The notes beneath the pieces are model-generated. The model was not told the origin of the DNA, did not search any database, and saw nothing but the letters and a program-made list of their open reading frames with translations. From the IMG/VR virus record IMGVR_UViG_3300037067_009374, positions 1 through 64,000 of that record: DNA of 64,000 nt; one strand, written 5' to 3'. Position numbers and translations under genes: made by a program. Numbering within the stretch: the first letter of the stretch is position 1; every line of letters begins with the position of its first letter. Of this stretch, positions 40,201-49,283 are shown one piece after another. Source of the stretch: a virus (lineage: Duplodnaviria > Caudoviricetes).

Positions 40201-41051
40201 AGATAGTGTCTGTATTGAAAAGGAAATGAGATGGCTTCATTTGGATTAGTAGAGAACGACTGAGTTACTATCTTGTAACCCATTCGTTGAGGTCGCAAAC
40301 CATTTGCTTCATAATCGAAAAAGAAAATTTCTGGCTGAGTGTCAAGAACTTCAGTAAGGGTTTGGCATATATCATCTATCTTGTAAAGGAGTTTTACTTT
40401 CTTTGTGTGATCATCAAATTGTGGGAACGGTCGTTCAATGCTATCAAGTGCCTTTTTCAAAGTGATATCAAAATAAGCTTGCATGTTTTCATCTTGGCTA
40501 TTTCTAATTGCATACTGGGGATGATATAAAGGAAGTAGCCAGGAATTAAACTTTCTACTAGGGATTGCCAAACCTTCCCATTCTCCTATTTTGATATTAT
40601 CTTTGAATAAAGGACCAAAGAAACTTCTACACGATGCTTCACCAAATATAATGATAGCTTTCGGATTTAATTGTTTGATGATGGATTCTACATATGGACG
40701 ACAATGATTGACTTCAAGGGGTGTTGGGTTTCGATTATTTCCATCTTTATCAAGGGTTCGGCAGTTAACACTATTAGTCAACCAGAAGTCTTTATAAAGA
40801 TCATAACCAAATGATTTAAGTTTCTTTTCTAACCATTGACCTGTTACTCCAACAAGTTGTCTGTTATATAAATCTTCTGTTTCTCCAGGAACTTCTGCTA
40901 TTATAAGTGTTTGTTTCCTACCACTACCAGTGAAAGGCATCTTTGGTGATCTTACATATCTAAACAAACCACAGTCATTACAAAATGGTTCTGTTGGAGC
41001 AGAAGTAGCAGAAGCTTCCATTATCTCTTTAAGAGAAAAGAAACCTTGCAT
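37272..41051 (-). CDS. polA: Family A DNA polymerase with N-terminal family-4 uracil-DNA glycosylase domain, 3'-5' exonuclease and intein
   Basis: UDG (CNDCGL, IIAEVPG..ED, NSVNCR, LYHP), exonuclease (FDYE, HNFKFE, YGAYD), polymerase (DPNLQN, ADYKGIE, RFYAK...FAQFYG, NTPIQG, QIHDE); start at MQGFF overlaps the upstream TAA. Confidence 0.95.
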   Translation of the reverse strand: MQGFFSLKEIMEASATSAPTEPFCNDCGLFRYVRSPKMPFTGSGRKQTLIIAEVPGETEDLYNRQLVGVTGQWLEKKLKSFGYDLYKDFWLTNSVNCRTLDKDGNNRNPTPLEVNHCRPYVESIIKQLNPKAIIIFGEASCRSFFGPLFKDNIKIGEWEGLAIPSRKFNSWLLPLYHPQYAIRNSQDENMQAYFDITLKKALDSIERPFPQFDDHTKKVKLLYKIDDICQTLTEVLDTQPEIFFFDYEANGLRPQRMGYKIVTQSFSTNPNEAISFPFQYRHYLSANDQIRIKSLWRKIMLSPKIKKVAHNFKFEYSLTKNIFGCDIANRYWCTMDAAHIEDTRFKYTGLKKQAFLKFGIEPYNEHIEPYLQEVGNTGFNRIEEVDLEELLEYGAYDSLIGHRLLLEQKKTLTNEREPGCGSLADAREFFFEAAKCFMEISDRGFPSDIEYYRSEKKRLQDKIAELKQQIKDSREAQLFLEQKGREIKIGKQLSDDDMRIILFDILKIPPHKLTSGGMKPSVDSDSLERIDLPFVKTVVDLKHHVKIDGNYINGFIRETIDGLIHPSINLNIARSLRSCIAKGTMIDTVRDISKFPNGIPIENVVPGDYVFCFDDKLNPQIKKVLWSGKTGEREVIRIHWKGHRNNRGYIDVTPEHKIRLADGRWIEAQNLTGDYRTNKDKLRSPKIRVLSLNRRGDQLYFTGHTGKHNTGVLEHRFIYEQLVGSLDIEDIVHHKDLNHFNHTPNNLAKESKSSHASFHFSLLGSDPKIREQRSIIMKRKRKENPELYANSGGKGLQLSKFTFLKALAKSKGKPTQTPYDYSTVITYCSKFKVDYKEIAIRYDIKGKYISKSRLEKAIEEGRGFNSIRKELGHNYYRFKDLLKLYGIELKRKWGNQHGEFVPNNHIITGIEKINKVVEVYDLEIEDCHNFIANEINVHNSCSDPNLQNVPIREEMAKKSCRSGMFPEKGHQLLFADYKGIEVCVAAMYSGDKNLIRYITDPKSDMHKDKAMELWKLSPNEVTKDIRFYAKNKWVFAQFYGDWYGACAEQLWFFCLHLKTASGITLEDHLINIGMFSRNTHPDTQLKAFKAHCKTVEDRMWGEQFGDLKQWQLRTADFYRKKGYVVLKHGFRRGGYQSMNQLGNTPIQGTAFHLLCKTITECNLILKREQLKSSFLLQIHDESITNLFPPEYEHVRETLNYVGTKKIREDYEWINVPLTLEFESAMIGAPWYYKTEIDEAGYCAKKDSPWFREKIIGREM
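38235..39317 (-). mobile_element. Intein (361 aa) with HNH homing endonuclease in polA
   Basis: Starts CIAKGT; block B VTPEH; HNH EHRFI...VHHKDLNHFNHTPNNL; ends VYDLEIEDCHNFIANEINVHN before Ser+1. Confidence 0.92.
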
Positions 41052-41317
41052 TATAAACCTCTTTTCCATTTACGGAATTGGATATATCCATTGCGACTGC
41101 TTATTTCACTTGCTCTAATTGTTCTATCTTCAGAGGTTAAAAGAAATACTACATTGTGTAATCCAAATTCTGTATTTGGATCTATTTCTTCAATAGAATG
41201 AGGAGTATCTTTCATTGCTGCCCAAACTATTTCTACTTTTTCTCTTGAGTCAGATAAAAGCACCCCTGTAGGATTTCCTTCAAAATCAAAACCTATATAT
41301 ATTTTCATTCTATTCAT
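41051..41317 (-). CDS. Hypothetical protein
   Basis: ORF overlapping its neighbours. Confidence 0.45.
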   Translation of the reverse strand: MNRMKIYIGFDFEGNPTGVLLSDSREKVEIVWAAMKDTPHSIEEIDPNTEFGLHNVVFLLTSEDRTIRASEISSRNGYIQFRKWKRGL

Positions 41318-41525
41318 CCTCTACTGGTTTATTCAAATGACATTTCTTGAATTTTAATCCTGATCCACACGGACAAAGATCGTTTCTTCCAACTTTTGGA
41401 GGTTTTCTATTGAGTTGTTTTTCAGTTGGATCTATTTTCATTTCCATTAAAAATTGCTTATCAATTTCTTCTAATGCTTTCCTATATATTTCAGGCGTAA
41501 ATATTTCTCCTGTTCTTGTATCCAT
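41310..41525 (-). CDS. SEC-C motif protein
   Basis: [20 protein letters not shown]. Confidence 0.9.
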   Translation of the reverse strand: MDTRTGEIFTPEIYRKALEEIDKQFLMEMKIDPTEKQLNRKPPKVGRNDLCPCGSGLKFKKCHLNKPVEDE

Positions 41526-42037
41526 TTTATTTATCCTTTCTACTTTTCTTTAAAGCCTTAACTGCTGCTTTAGTGCAACCAGCTACTACAATTTGTTTAG
41601 AATTTTGTTCTCTCATATACCCATCTTTATCAGAGAAGATTTGTTTTCCTTTCTCTTTGTTAGTGGAATCAACAAACATTTTAGCTTGCCGCCTCAATTG
41701 TTTTGCTGTTCTACCATTCATTTTTATCTCTTTGTAATAAAATGCCAAATTAGATGAACAGCAACCACTATTGAAAGAAAACCAATCATTATAGAACCTA
41801 TAATTATCGCTGTTTCAATTGACATGTTATCTCCTAAGAATCTAATAAATTTCACTACCAGGAATGATCTTGTTCTGTGATTATCTCTTCACATTCCTCT
41901 TTTGAAATCTTGCCACACTCAACTAGAGCATTAAGGATAATTTGAGCATATTTATACCTATTTTGATACATATAGGTTTTTCCTTCCCTTAAATACTTTA
42001 ACCACTTTACTGCTTCTTCCATATCTTTTTCCATATA

Positions 42038-43096
42038 CTATCTCCTTACAAGTGGAAGAATAACTATGTGTTTAAACTCCCCAGACTTGAACAATGCAGT
42101 ATCAACAATCATTCCTTCACCTTTTTTCAATTGATGAAGGCTCATATCAGTAGACTTTTCAAGAACCTGATAGAGTAAAGAGGGGTTAATATTGATCAAA
42201 ACTTCTGGACCTTTATATTCAGATGGGACTATCTTTTCAATTGAACCTCTTTCCCTTTCAGCTTTACAAAGAATAGTCCCATCTGATTTAAACTCAAGGG
42301 TTATAAACTGAGAAACATCATTGGCATTATCTACCATGATTGCTACTACAGATATAGCGTCTTTAAGAGCAGAAGGGAGATTAAAAGTAGGTGTACCTGA
42401 AATAAGAGCAGTGAACAACTTTTCAAATGGTAGATGATTACCATTAAACTTTCTTGCAGAAAAAGTTGCACCATTCTCAGTCTTGAAGTGCAACCAATTT
42501 TCAGCAATGCAATAATGGGTTATAGACAGATTACTGAGTTCTTGGGCATCAGGTGCAGATATCAAGAACGGTTCTACTGGACCTTTCATTGTGTATAGAC
42601 TTGTCCTTATCTTATCTGATGTTGCTACAATATTTCCTTGTACTGATACAGCGGTAAGTACACCATCATTTTGATTTCTACTTGCTGAAAATGCACAAAG
42701 ATACAAAGCATCTGAAAAGTCTTCAGGTACAGATTTCCACTCTTTTGTGCTTTTGATAAGGGAATCAAGAAGGTCTTCTATCTTGTCCTTATCATCTACA
42801 ATGGTGTTGAGACTTGCTTTTGTATCCGAAGCTATTATCTTCATCTTGTTTTGTTCGACAAGAATATCTACCTTTTCATCACCACTTGCAGATAGAATTT
42901 TTTGGAGATCAGAGAACTTTACACTTGTTTTAAATGGAGTAAGAAAAGGATGAGATATCACTATCTGTCCATTTATTGTTCCTACATAAGAACCCATAAA
43001 AATAACATGCTGTTGCTGGGCTATAATATCTTTTTTTGCCACAGCAGGTTTTAATATATCTAATACAGATAGTAGATCCTTACGAATTATTTCCAT
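42038..43096 (-). CDS. DNA polymerase III beta sliding clamp-like protein
   Basis: 352 aa; ATSDKIR, INPSLL..VL and HIVILPL C-terminus typical of DnaN; dnaX is nearby. Confidence 0.7.
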   Translation of the reverse strand: MEIIRKDLLSVLDILKPAVAKKDIIAQQQHVIFMGSYVGTINGQIVISHPFLTPFKTSVKFSDLQKILSASGDEKVDILVEQNKMKIIASDTKASLNTIVDDKDKIEDLLDSLIKSTKEWKSVPEDFSDALYLCAFSASRNQNDGVLTAVSVQGNIVATSDKIRTSLYTMKGPVEPFLISAPDAQELSNLSITHYCIAENWLHFKTENGATFSARKFNGNHLPFEKLFTALISGTPTFNLPSALKDAISVVAIMVDNANDVSQFITLEFKSDGTILCKAERERGSIEKIVPSEYKGPEVLININPSLLYQVLEKSTDMSLHQLKKGEGMIVDTALFKSGEFKHIVILPLVRR

Positions 43097-43465
43097 ATCA
43101 AATATCCCTTTCTATTTTAGATCCAAAAATAAAATTTGGTTTATTTCCTTCTTCTATGGAATCTTTTGCAAGATTCCATGCAGTAAAACGTAAGTAAGGA
43201 ATATCACCATAAATTTTAACTATTAAATTAAACCATTTAAATTCTTTGTCACTCTTTGCCCAATAAAATCCTGGCTCTTTAGGAATATTATCATCCATTT
43301 ATTCCCCCTTCTTGATTTGTAAAATAGTATCTACGTCTTCTGGAAAATAATAAGAAACCAAACGACGATACTCTAATCCCATAGATTCCACCATTTCTTT
43401 AGCTGCTTTCTCAAGTTCAGGATTCTTTAACCACACAAAGTTTCCTGCAAAAAATATGTTCAATT

Positions 43466-43717
43466 CTATCTCCTTGCTTTTGGTCTAGGTAAAGGGCCGA
43501 TCCATTCACCATCAAGTTGATTAATTAAGGTAGTAAAATATATATTTCTATTTTGTGTTAAGGTGGTAACAGTTAATGGATTACCAAAAATTTGAACAAC
43601 TAGAAATTCTTCTTTTTTCATTTCTGAGTTCCAATAATAATACATACCTGGAATAGTGGGTTTTTCTTTTGTCCAAATTGGTCTAGCACATCCACATATA
43701 GGACAAACAGGATTCAT
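43466..43717 (-). CDS. Hypothetical protein (WTKEKPTIPGxYY family)
   Basis: Motif shared with 43098..43298 (PKEPGFYW). Confidence 0.5.
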   Translation of the reverse strand: MNPVCPICGCARPIWTKEKPTIPGMYYYWNSEMKKEEFLVVQIFGNPLTVTTLTQNRNIYFTTLINQLDGEWIGPLPRPKARR

Positions 43718-44012
43718 TATTCTCCCCCTTCAAAAATACAGCCCTTTATGTGATTAGGTAATAATTCATGACAACTACCACACCATTGTTTATTTTGATT
43801 ACTTTGTTTCCATTCACCAAGCAGATCATAAAGATATTCAGCAGCGGTGTTTGACAACATAAATACTTGAACACCTTTGCTTTTTCTAGCCCCAGTTATA
43901 ATTATATTTTCTTCACCTGGTAAAGAAGCAACAGATATTGAAGAATCTTCATTGCGTTCTTCACTTCTGAATCCAATTGTTCTGCAAAATAATTCCTTTT
44001 TCATAATATCTC

Positions 44013-44930
44013 CTAAAACAAAGTGAGATTATTTTTATGTTTGAAAGGCCAAGGCCACTTTGGCATACTTTGTTCTACGAACAGATAGTGTAAAAGGTTC
44101 CATCTATCTCTCATAACCCCACTATTAGATAAACCTTTGATTCTAACTATTTCAACTGTATCTTTATTCACCCAAATCTCGTCATCTTTTAAAAGGTTTC
44201 TAATTACTTTGGTTCTTGGCTCAAGAAAGCTTACTCCTAATTCAAACCCCTTTTCTTCAATATAGGATATAAACCAAGTTCGTTCAGTCAATGACATTGT
44301 GTCTATGTGTTTATCTGCTTTCATTTTTGTAGGTGATCTTGAAGAGACTTTAATAGTGTATGGTGGCAGATCATAGCGATACTTACCTTGTCTTCTTTTA
44401 GGGAATAATACCATCCCATATTTACCAAATTGTACCCAGGAAGTAGAATCACACGAAAACCAGGGATATCTGAATAAAATTGGCATAGAAGTAACACCAA
44501 ACCCATGAAACTTGATCTTTGGCATACCATCTGAATCACAAACATGATCCATACAACCGTCCAACCATTGCATCTTTTCAGCAGTTGTTCTATCATTTGC
44601 AGGGGAAAGTCCAATATAATCCATTTCATAAACCATTCTTTCTAATAATGCGAATGGCTCTCCTTGATGAAACACATGAATCAATTTTTCTTTTGGTATT
44701 CCTTTATCAACTAAATAATTATAATTTTCCCAACCTTGTTTGATACATCGTGCTATCTCTTCCTCTGAAGGGTTCTTATCTCCGTACTTACCTGGAATAA
44801 CATCAAGATTAACTATGTAATCTACTTGATCTAGTCTTTCCAAACAGAATTTAGCATATTCTTGAATGCTTATCTCAGTCTGTTTCATCCAAGCAGAGAA
44901 AGCACCACTGTCAAGTATCACTTTCATCAT
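44013..44930 (-). CDS. dpdA: DpdA-like tRNA-guanine transglycosylase paralog (inserts 7-deazaguanine into DNA)
   Basis: LDSGAFS, LDVIPG, VFHQGE, YIGL, HGFGVT, PWFSCDSTSW; clusters with que genes. Confidence 0.8.
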   Translation of the reverse strand: MMKVILDSGAFSAWMKQTEISIQEYAKFCLERLDQVDYIVNLDVIPGKYGDKNPSEEEIARCIKQGWENYNYLVDKGIPKEKLIHVFHQGEPFALLERMVYEMDYIGLSPANDRTTAEKMQWLDGCMDHVCDSDGMPKIKFHGFGVTSMPILFRYPWFSCDSTSWVQFGKYGMVLFPKRRQGKYRYDLPPYTIKVSSRSPTKMKADKHIDTMSLTERTWFISYIEEKGFELGVSFLEPRTKVIRNLLKDDEIWVNKDTVEIVRIKGLSNSGVMRDRWNLLHYLFVEQSMPKWPWPFKHKNNLTLF

Positions 44931-45231
44931 CTTCCTCGATTATAAAGACATCTTGATTCAGTAAGGCATAATTAAATCCATCACATTTCTTACATAGAAA
45001 ACTTATTTCTACATAAGGAAAATCAAGTACTGCTTTAACATCATTCATATCTAATGGTTCATTACATTTTTTACATAGCATATTATCCCTCCAATTTATC
45101 AAGCAACCAAAAAACATATCTGGTTGAAAGATCCATAAAACCAAGAAAAGGTAACAAGATAATTAGAATAAATGTATCTGCCCAATTACCATCGAACGTA
45201 AGTTGTATGTCTTTAAGCATTGTAAGCATTG

Positions 45232-45747
45232 TTACTCCTTATCAAGCAAATCTTGTATGTATTTATTGTTGGATTCAGTTATATCTTCCTCAATTTCTAC
45301 TTTATTAAGGTAACTTATTGGGGGAATATAAGAACTATCACATATAACAGTTGGGCCTATCCCCCCTCTTATGTTAAATTCACCTTTAACTCTAAGATGA
45401 ATTGGTTTCACTGTATCAAATATATCCTTAAATATTTTATTTATTGCTGTTTCCATGAAAGTATTATGATTACGAAATGCAAAAAGGTAAAGTTTCAAAG
45501 ATTTTGTTTCGAGACATACTTTATCAGGAACATATTGAATGCTTATCTCTGCAAAGTCAGGTGCCTTGGTTTTGGGGCAGAGCGAGGTATATTCGGGGCA
45601 GTCAAAGTTTACAATGTAAGGTCTATCTGTATAAAGATTAGGAAAAGTTTCCAACATACTTATATCTGGTTGATTATATTGATAATTTGTTTCCTTACTA
45701 CCCAAGGATTTAAGGCCAGAAGTATTGTCTTTAAGGTCATTAGTCAT
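45232..45747 (-). CDS. queF: NADPH-dependent preQ0 reductase QueF (unimodular)
   Basis: EYTSLCPKTKAPDFA, QueF motif ETKSLKLY, FNIRGGI. Confidence 0.92.
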   Translation of the reverse strand: MTNDLKDNTSGLKSLGSKETNYQYNQPDISMLETFPNLYTDRPYIVNFDCPEYTSLCPKTKAPDFAEISIQYVPDKVCLETKSLKLYLFAFRNHNTFMETAINKIFKDIFDTVKPIHLRVKGEFNIRGGIGPTVICDSSYIPPISYLNKVEIEEDITESNNKYIQDLLDKE

Positions 45748-45763
45748 TTAGTTTTTCCTTTAA

Positions 45764-46327
45764 TTAGTGATTATTAAGGAGAGAAATCTGGATCATTTGT
45801 AAAGCTTTAAGTTCAAGTTCTTTTTCAGTTTTAAATATCCCATCTACAACTGAAGTTGACATAAGCATATTAGGTTGCTTTACTCCCCGAAGTGACATAC
45901 AACCATGACTTGCACTCATGTAAATCATTGCACCTTTTGGTTGAATATACTTTACAAATTGCGTTATTACTTCATGACCTAATTCTTCTTGAAGTTGGGG
46001 TTTCTTAGAGTAATGAATGATACAACGAACAGGTTTACTAGCACCAATCAACAATTCATTTGGTATGTAATAGAACCATGCTTTTCCATGAAATGGAATC
46101 ATATGATGAGAACAAACAGATACAAAATCTATTCTTTCAAGCCCAACTATTTGGTTATAATGTCTACTATTTGGGAAAGTTGTGAACCCTTCAAATTCTG
46201 TGAAAGTATTACAGAGCAATTCTTTCTTGAACATCTTATTCATTCGAATTGCTGTATCTTTTAGATTTGGATCATTTAGATCAAGTCCTAAACTTTCTTC
46301 AAGATACTTTTTTAGGTGCTTACTCAT
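45764..46327 (-). CDS. folE: GTP cyclohydrolase I
   Basis: SVCSHHMIPFHG, IGASK, PQLQE, HGCMSLRGV. Confidence 0.92.
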   Translation of the reverse strand: MSKHLKKYLEESLGLDLNDPNLKDTAIRMNKMFKKELLCNTFTEFEGFTTFPNSRHYNQIVGLERIDFVSVCSHHMIPFHGKAWFYYIPNELLIGASKPVRCIIHYSKKPQLQEELGHEVITQFVKYIQPKGAMIYMSASHGCMSLRGVKQPNMLMSTSVVDGIFKTEKELELKALQMIQISLLNNH

Positions 46328-46345
46328 GATAATCCTTTAATAAAG

Positions 46346-46498
46346 TGATGGGGACAGGATTCGATACCTGCATGAAATATACTGAGGGGCACGACTCCCT
46401 CATTCTGGTCTGACCTCATCCTCAGTGTCTTTAGACGAAGTATATTTCTTACTGTGTGCACTTCAGTTAAGCGTCTATACTCTTCCGCCACCCCATCA
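46346..46498 (-). ncRNA. tRNA-like RNA 2 (non-canonical; giant variable arm)
   Basis: Acceptor TGATGGGG/CCCCATCA, Leu/Ser-like D-arm GCG-GAAGAGTATAGA-CGC, 9-nt anticodon loop, GAAATATACT/AGTATATTTC variable stem, T-arm GCAGG-TATCGAAT-CCTGT; no CCA. Confidence 0.75.
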
Positions 46499-46502
46499 AA
46501 GT

Positions 46503-47216
46503 TTATTCTCCTCGTTCAAAGCGTTCAATCAATGGATCTTTTACTCTTGCTTCTTTAAAGCCTTTTGCTCTCAAGATACAAGCAGGACATTTATCACATG
46601 GGGGATAAACTCCTTCATAACATGTATGAGAATAAGCAAGAGCTTCCATACAACCATCAAACAAAGTGGCAAATTGTACCGTATCTGCTTTAGTAAGATG
46701 CATAAGGGGGGTATGAATTTCAAAAGAGAATCCCATACCTTGTTGTAAGCTTTCTTGCATTGAAGTTATAGTGGCTTGGCGACAGTCGTGGTAGCCGCTG
46801 TAATCTGTTTGACAAACTCCAGCCACTATATTATGAATTTGATGTTTAAAAGCATACATGGCAGCAAGTGTCAGGAAAATCAGATTACGACCAGGAACAA
46901 AAGAAGCAGGTAAATTACCCACTCTGTGTTGTTCTGATATGCTGCTACTTTTATCCAACAGAGCAGAATCGTCAAATTGGGAAAACACATCAGCATTGAT
47001 TAGGTTTCTATTTGACATTGGTATATCTGCTAATGCAAGGATTCTAGCAGCAGATTCGATTTCAATCTTATGTCTTTGTCCATAATTAAATGTTACTGTA
47101 TGAACTTCTTGAAATTGTGACTTTGCCCAAAAGAGGGCAGTGGTACTGTCCTGTCCACCACTTAACAGTACCACTGCCGAATCGGATAGGTTAGTCAACG
47201 AAGACGAATTTCCCAT
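46503..47216 (-). CDS. queC: 7-cyano-7-deazaguanine synthase
   Basis: LLSGGQDS, FNYGQRH, FVPGRN, YHDCR, TCY...PCDKCPAC. Confidence 0.95.
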   Translation of the reverse strand: MGNSSSLTNLSDSAVVLLSGGQDSTTALFWAKSQFQEVHTVTFNYGQRHKIEIESAARILALADIPMSNRNLINADVFSQFDDSALLDKSSSISEQHRVGNLPASFVPGRNLIFLTLAAMYAFKHQIHNIVAGVCQTDYSGYHDCRQATITSMQESLQQGMGFSFEIHTPLMHLTKADTVQFATLFDGCMEALAYSHTCYEGVYPPCDKCPACILRAKGFKEARVKDPLIERFERGE

Positions 47217-47940
47217 CCTCAGTCTCCTTAGTAAGTTTCTGGAGTTTGTTGTATTTGGGATTCTTGGAATCTGAAAGATTTGTTGCAGTTGTGACTGTGG
47301 ACACTTCAGGAAATGCTTCTTTTACAAGAGCAACTATTTCTTTCTTTGTGTGTGTTCCTTCGCTCACGAGCTTATTCATAAGCTCATAGCGATCTTTCGC
47401 TTTCGCTGCTATCTGATCGGGCATCATTCCCTTGCGACTTGCTCTGGATTCTTTGTTTGCTTCTTTCTCAGCTTCTTTAGCGGCCTTTTTATCTGCTTTC
47501 TCTTTTTCTTTGGCAGCTTTAGCAGCTTCTTTCTCAGCTTCTTTAGCGGCCTTTTTATCTGCTTTCTCTTTTTCTTTTTCATCCTTCTTGACTTGAGCTT
47601 CAGCATTAACTGGAGGTTCAACAGTAGGTTCAACAGGGGTTGTGGGAGACACTTCAGCAGAAGTTTCAACAGGAACAGTGCTGTTGTCAGCAGGTGGGGT
47701 TTCAAGTTCATCTTTGTAAATCATGTGGAAGAAAGCAACACTTGCTTTACATTTTTCTGCAAGTTCCTGAATTTTAGTTTCCTGCAAGTTCTCGAATACT
47801 TCCGTAAACTTCTTAATCTGATCTGCTTTTGAAACCCCCACAGGTTTGATCTTTTGTTCGGGAGTGATCAATCCACAATTATTGATCTCCCCGATTACTG
47901 CTTTGAGTGTTTTACTGTCAATTTGGTCAAGAGGTATCAT
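47191..47940 (-). CDS. Lys/Ala/Glu-rich histone-like protein with putative C-terminal winged helix
   Basis: KEKEKADKKAAKEAEKEA repeat; basic C-terminal domain; own promoter. Confidence 0.6.
   Translation of the reverse strand: MIPLDQIDSKTLKAVIGEINNCGLITPEQKIKPVGVSKADQIKKFTEVFENLQETKIQELAEKCKASVAFFHMIYKDELETPPADNSTVPVETSAEVSPTTPVEPTVEPPVNAEAQVKKDEKEKEKADKKAAKEAEKEAAKAAKEKEKADKKAAKEAEKEANKESRASRKGMMPDQIAAKAKDRYELMNKLVSEGTHTKKEIVALVKEAFPEVSTVTTATNLSDSKNPKYNKLQKLTKETEDGKFVFVD
47461..47577. repeat. Tandem duplication (66-nt period) encoding KEKEKADKKAAKEAEKE
   Basis: About 50-nt exact copies starting at 47461 and 47527. Confidence 0.85.
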
Positions 47941-48009
47941 GTTGTGTTCCTTTCTAGGATTTAAATGAATTTGTTTTTGCCTTCAGACTGATTAAACTCT
48001 GACATTATT

Positions 48010-48036
48010 AATATAGCACACTAACGGGAAATTTTT
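48010..48036 (-). promoter_or_regulatory. Putative phage promoter (AAAAATTTC-N9-TGCTATATT)
   Basis: Same motif and spacing as 35821-35847. Confidence 0.55.
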
Positions 48037-48064
48037 TTAATTTTTTGCCGTTGATTGAACTTTT

Positions 48065-48718
48065 TTACTCTAAATTTAAAAACTTGTGAAGTTGTACATT
48101 TATGTAAGCATCACCAAAACCAATTGTTGATAAGTCGTTTATCAACAATTGAATATTACTTGCAAATCTACTACCTCTCAACGGGGAGAATGCAAACCTA
48201 ACAAGCTTATTTGATAGCCTTATTATGTTTGCAAAATCTACAGCTACTTGGTAATCAAAGTTATCTTTTATGACAAACTTGATGAAGTCACATTTCCTTA
48301 AACTTTTAAAAGCATCCATAATCATATGATGTTCCATATCTGAAGATGGAAGTTTATAATCTACAATAAATGATCCAACTGAATTACCAAATGGTACAAT
48401 TGATCCATTTGTTTCAATAGAAACATCTATTTCCTCTTGATATAATCTGCTTGTCAATTCGAATACATTATCTTGAAGTAATGGCTCACCACCAGTTATT
48501 GTAACTTTATTGACTTTTCTGTTTTTAATTTTTTCCATTATACTATCAATGGACATAGTTATACCATTTTTTGAATCTCTGGCTGTAGGAGAATCGCAAT
48601 AAGTGCAAGAGAGATAACAACCCGCAAGGCGAATAAATGTAGACAATCTCCCTTGACCAAAAGCAGATACTTCACCATCTATAGAAGTAAATATAGAATG
48701 AACATTCAAAGTTTTCAT
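48065..48718 (-). CDS. queE: 7-carboxy-7-deazaguanine synthase (radical SAM)
   Basis: IFTSIDGE, FIRLAGCYLSCTYCDS, ITGGEPLLQ, IETNG, QLHK. Confidence 0.93.
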   Translation of the reverse strand: MKTLNVHSIFTSIDGEVSAFGQGRLSTFIRLAGCYLSCTYCDSPTARDSKNGITMSIDSIMEKIKNRKVNKVTITGGEPLLQDNVFELTSRLYQEEIDVSIETNGSIVPFGNSVGSFIVDYKLPSSDMEHHMIMDAFKSLRKCDFIKFVIKDNFDYQVAVDFANIIRLSNKLVRFAFSPLRGSRFASNIQLLINDLSTIGFGDAYINVQLHKFLNLE

Positions 48719-49086
48719 TTAAGTAAACCTTCCCTTTCCCATGATGCAGAGCAATTACTTGTTTCGAATAGTACTACTTTCATAAGACCAATTGATATTT
48801 CTTCGAAAAGGGAAAAAAGTTCATTTACTATCCACACTACTATTCTTTCTGCTGTAGGGACAGGAAAAATGTCATTTAGATATTTATGATCTAAAACAAC
48901 AAGGATATTTTTTTGAACAATATCCTTAAATTCAGAAAAATCTAGTACCATTCCATCTGGTAATACTGTTCCGGAAATTGATACCTCGAGTTTATAAGAA
49001 TGTCCATGAATGTTAGCACATTTTCCTGGATGATTTTCTAGCTTATGTGCTGCTTCAAACTCAAAGTGTCTTGTAATTGTTATCAT
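48715..49086 (-). CDS. queD: 6-carboxytetrahydropterin synthase
   Basis: FEAAHKL...CANIHGHSY, LDHKYLND, PTAE, ET. Confidence 0.95.
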   Translation of the reverse strand: MITITRHFEFEAAHKLENHPGKCANIHGHSYKLEVSISGTVLPDGMVLDFSEFKDIVQKNILVVLDHKYLNDIFPVPTAERIVVWIVNELFSLFEEISIGLMKVVLFETSNCSASWEREGLLK

Positions 49087-49283
49087 ATATTTGTCCTTCC
49101 AATTTGGAAAGCATCACTAGCAATACAACTCTTATTACTTTCCTCTCTAAATTCAAAAAATTCTTGCTTTACTTCAGCAGGCCAATCTTTGAAAGGTCCC
49201 CATTCAATAAAAAGCTTTTTCCTCTCTTCAATGATCTTTTCTACATTCCCGCATAAACACATAATTTTCCCCTTTCTTGATGA

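Noticed and set aside
33831-46498. Calling the two cloverleaf elements standard tRNA-Ile/Ala or tmRNA
   Set aside because: 9-nt loops without U33, oversized variable arms, no CCA, no G3-U70 pair and no tag reading frame
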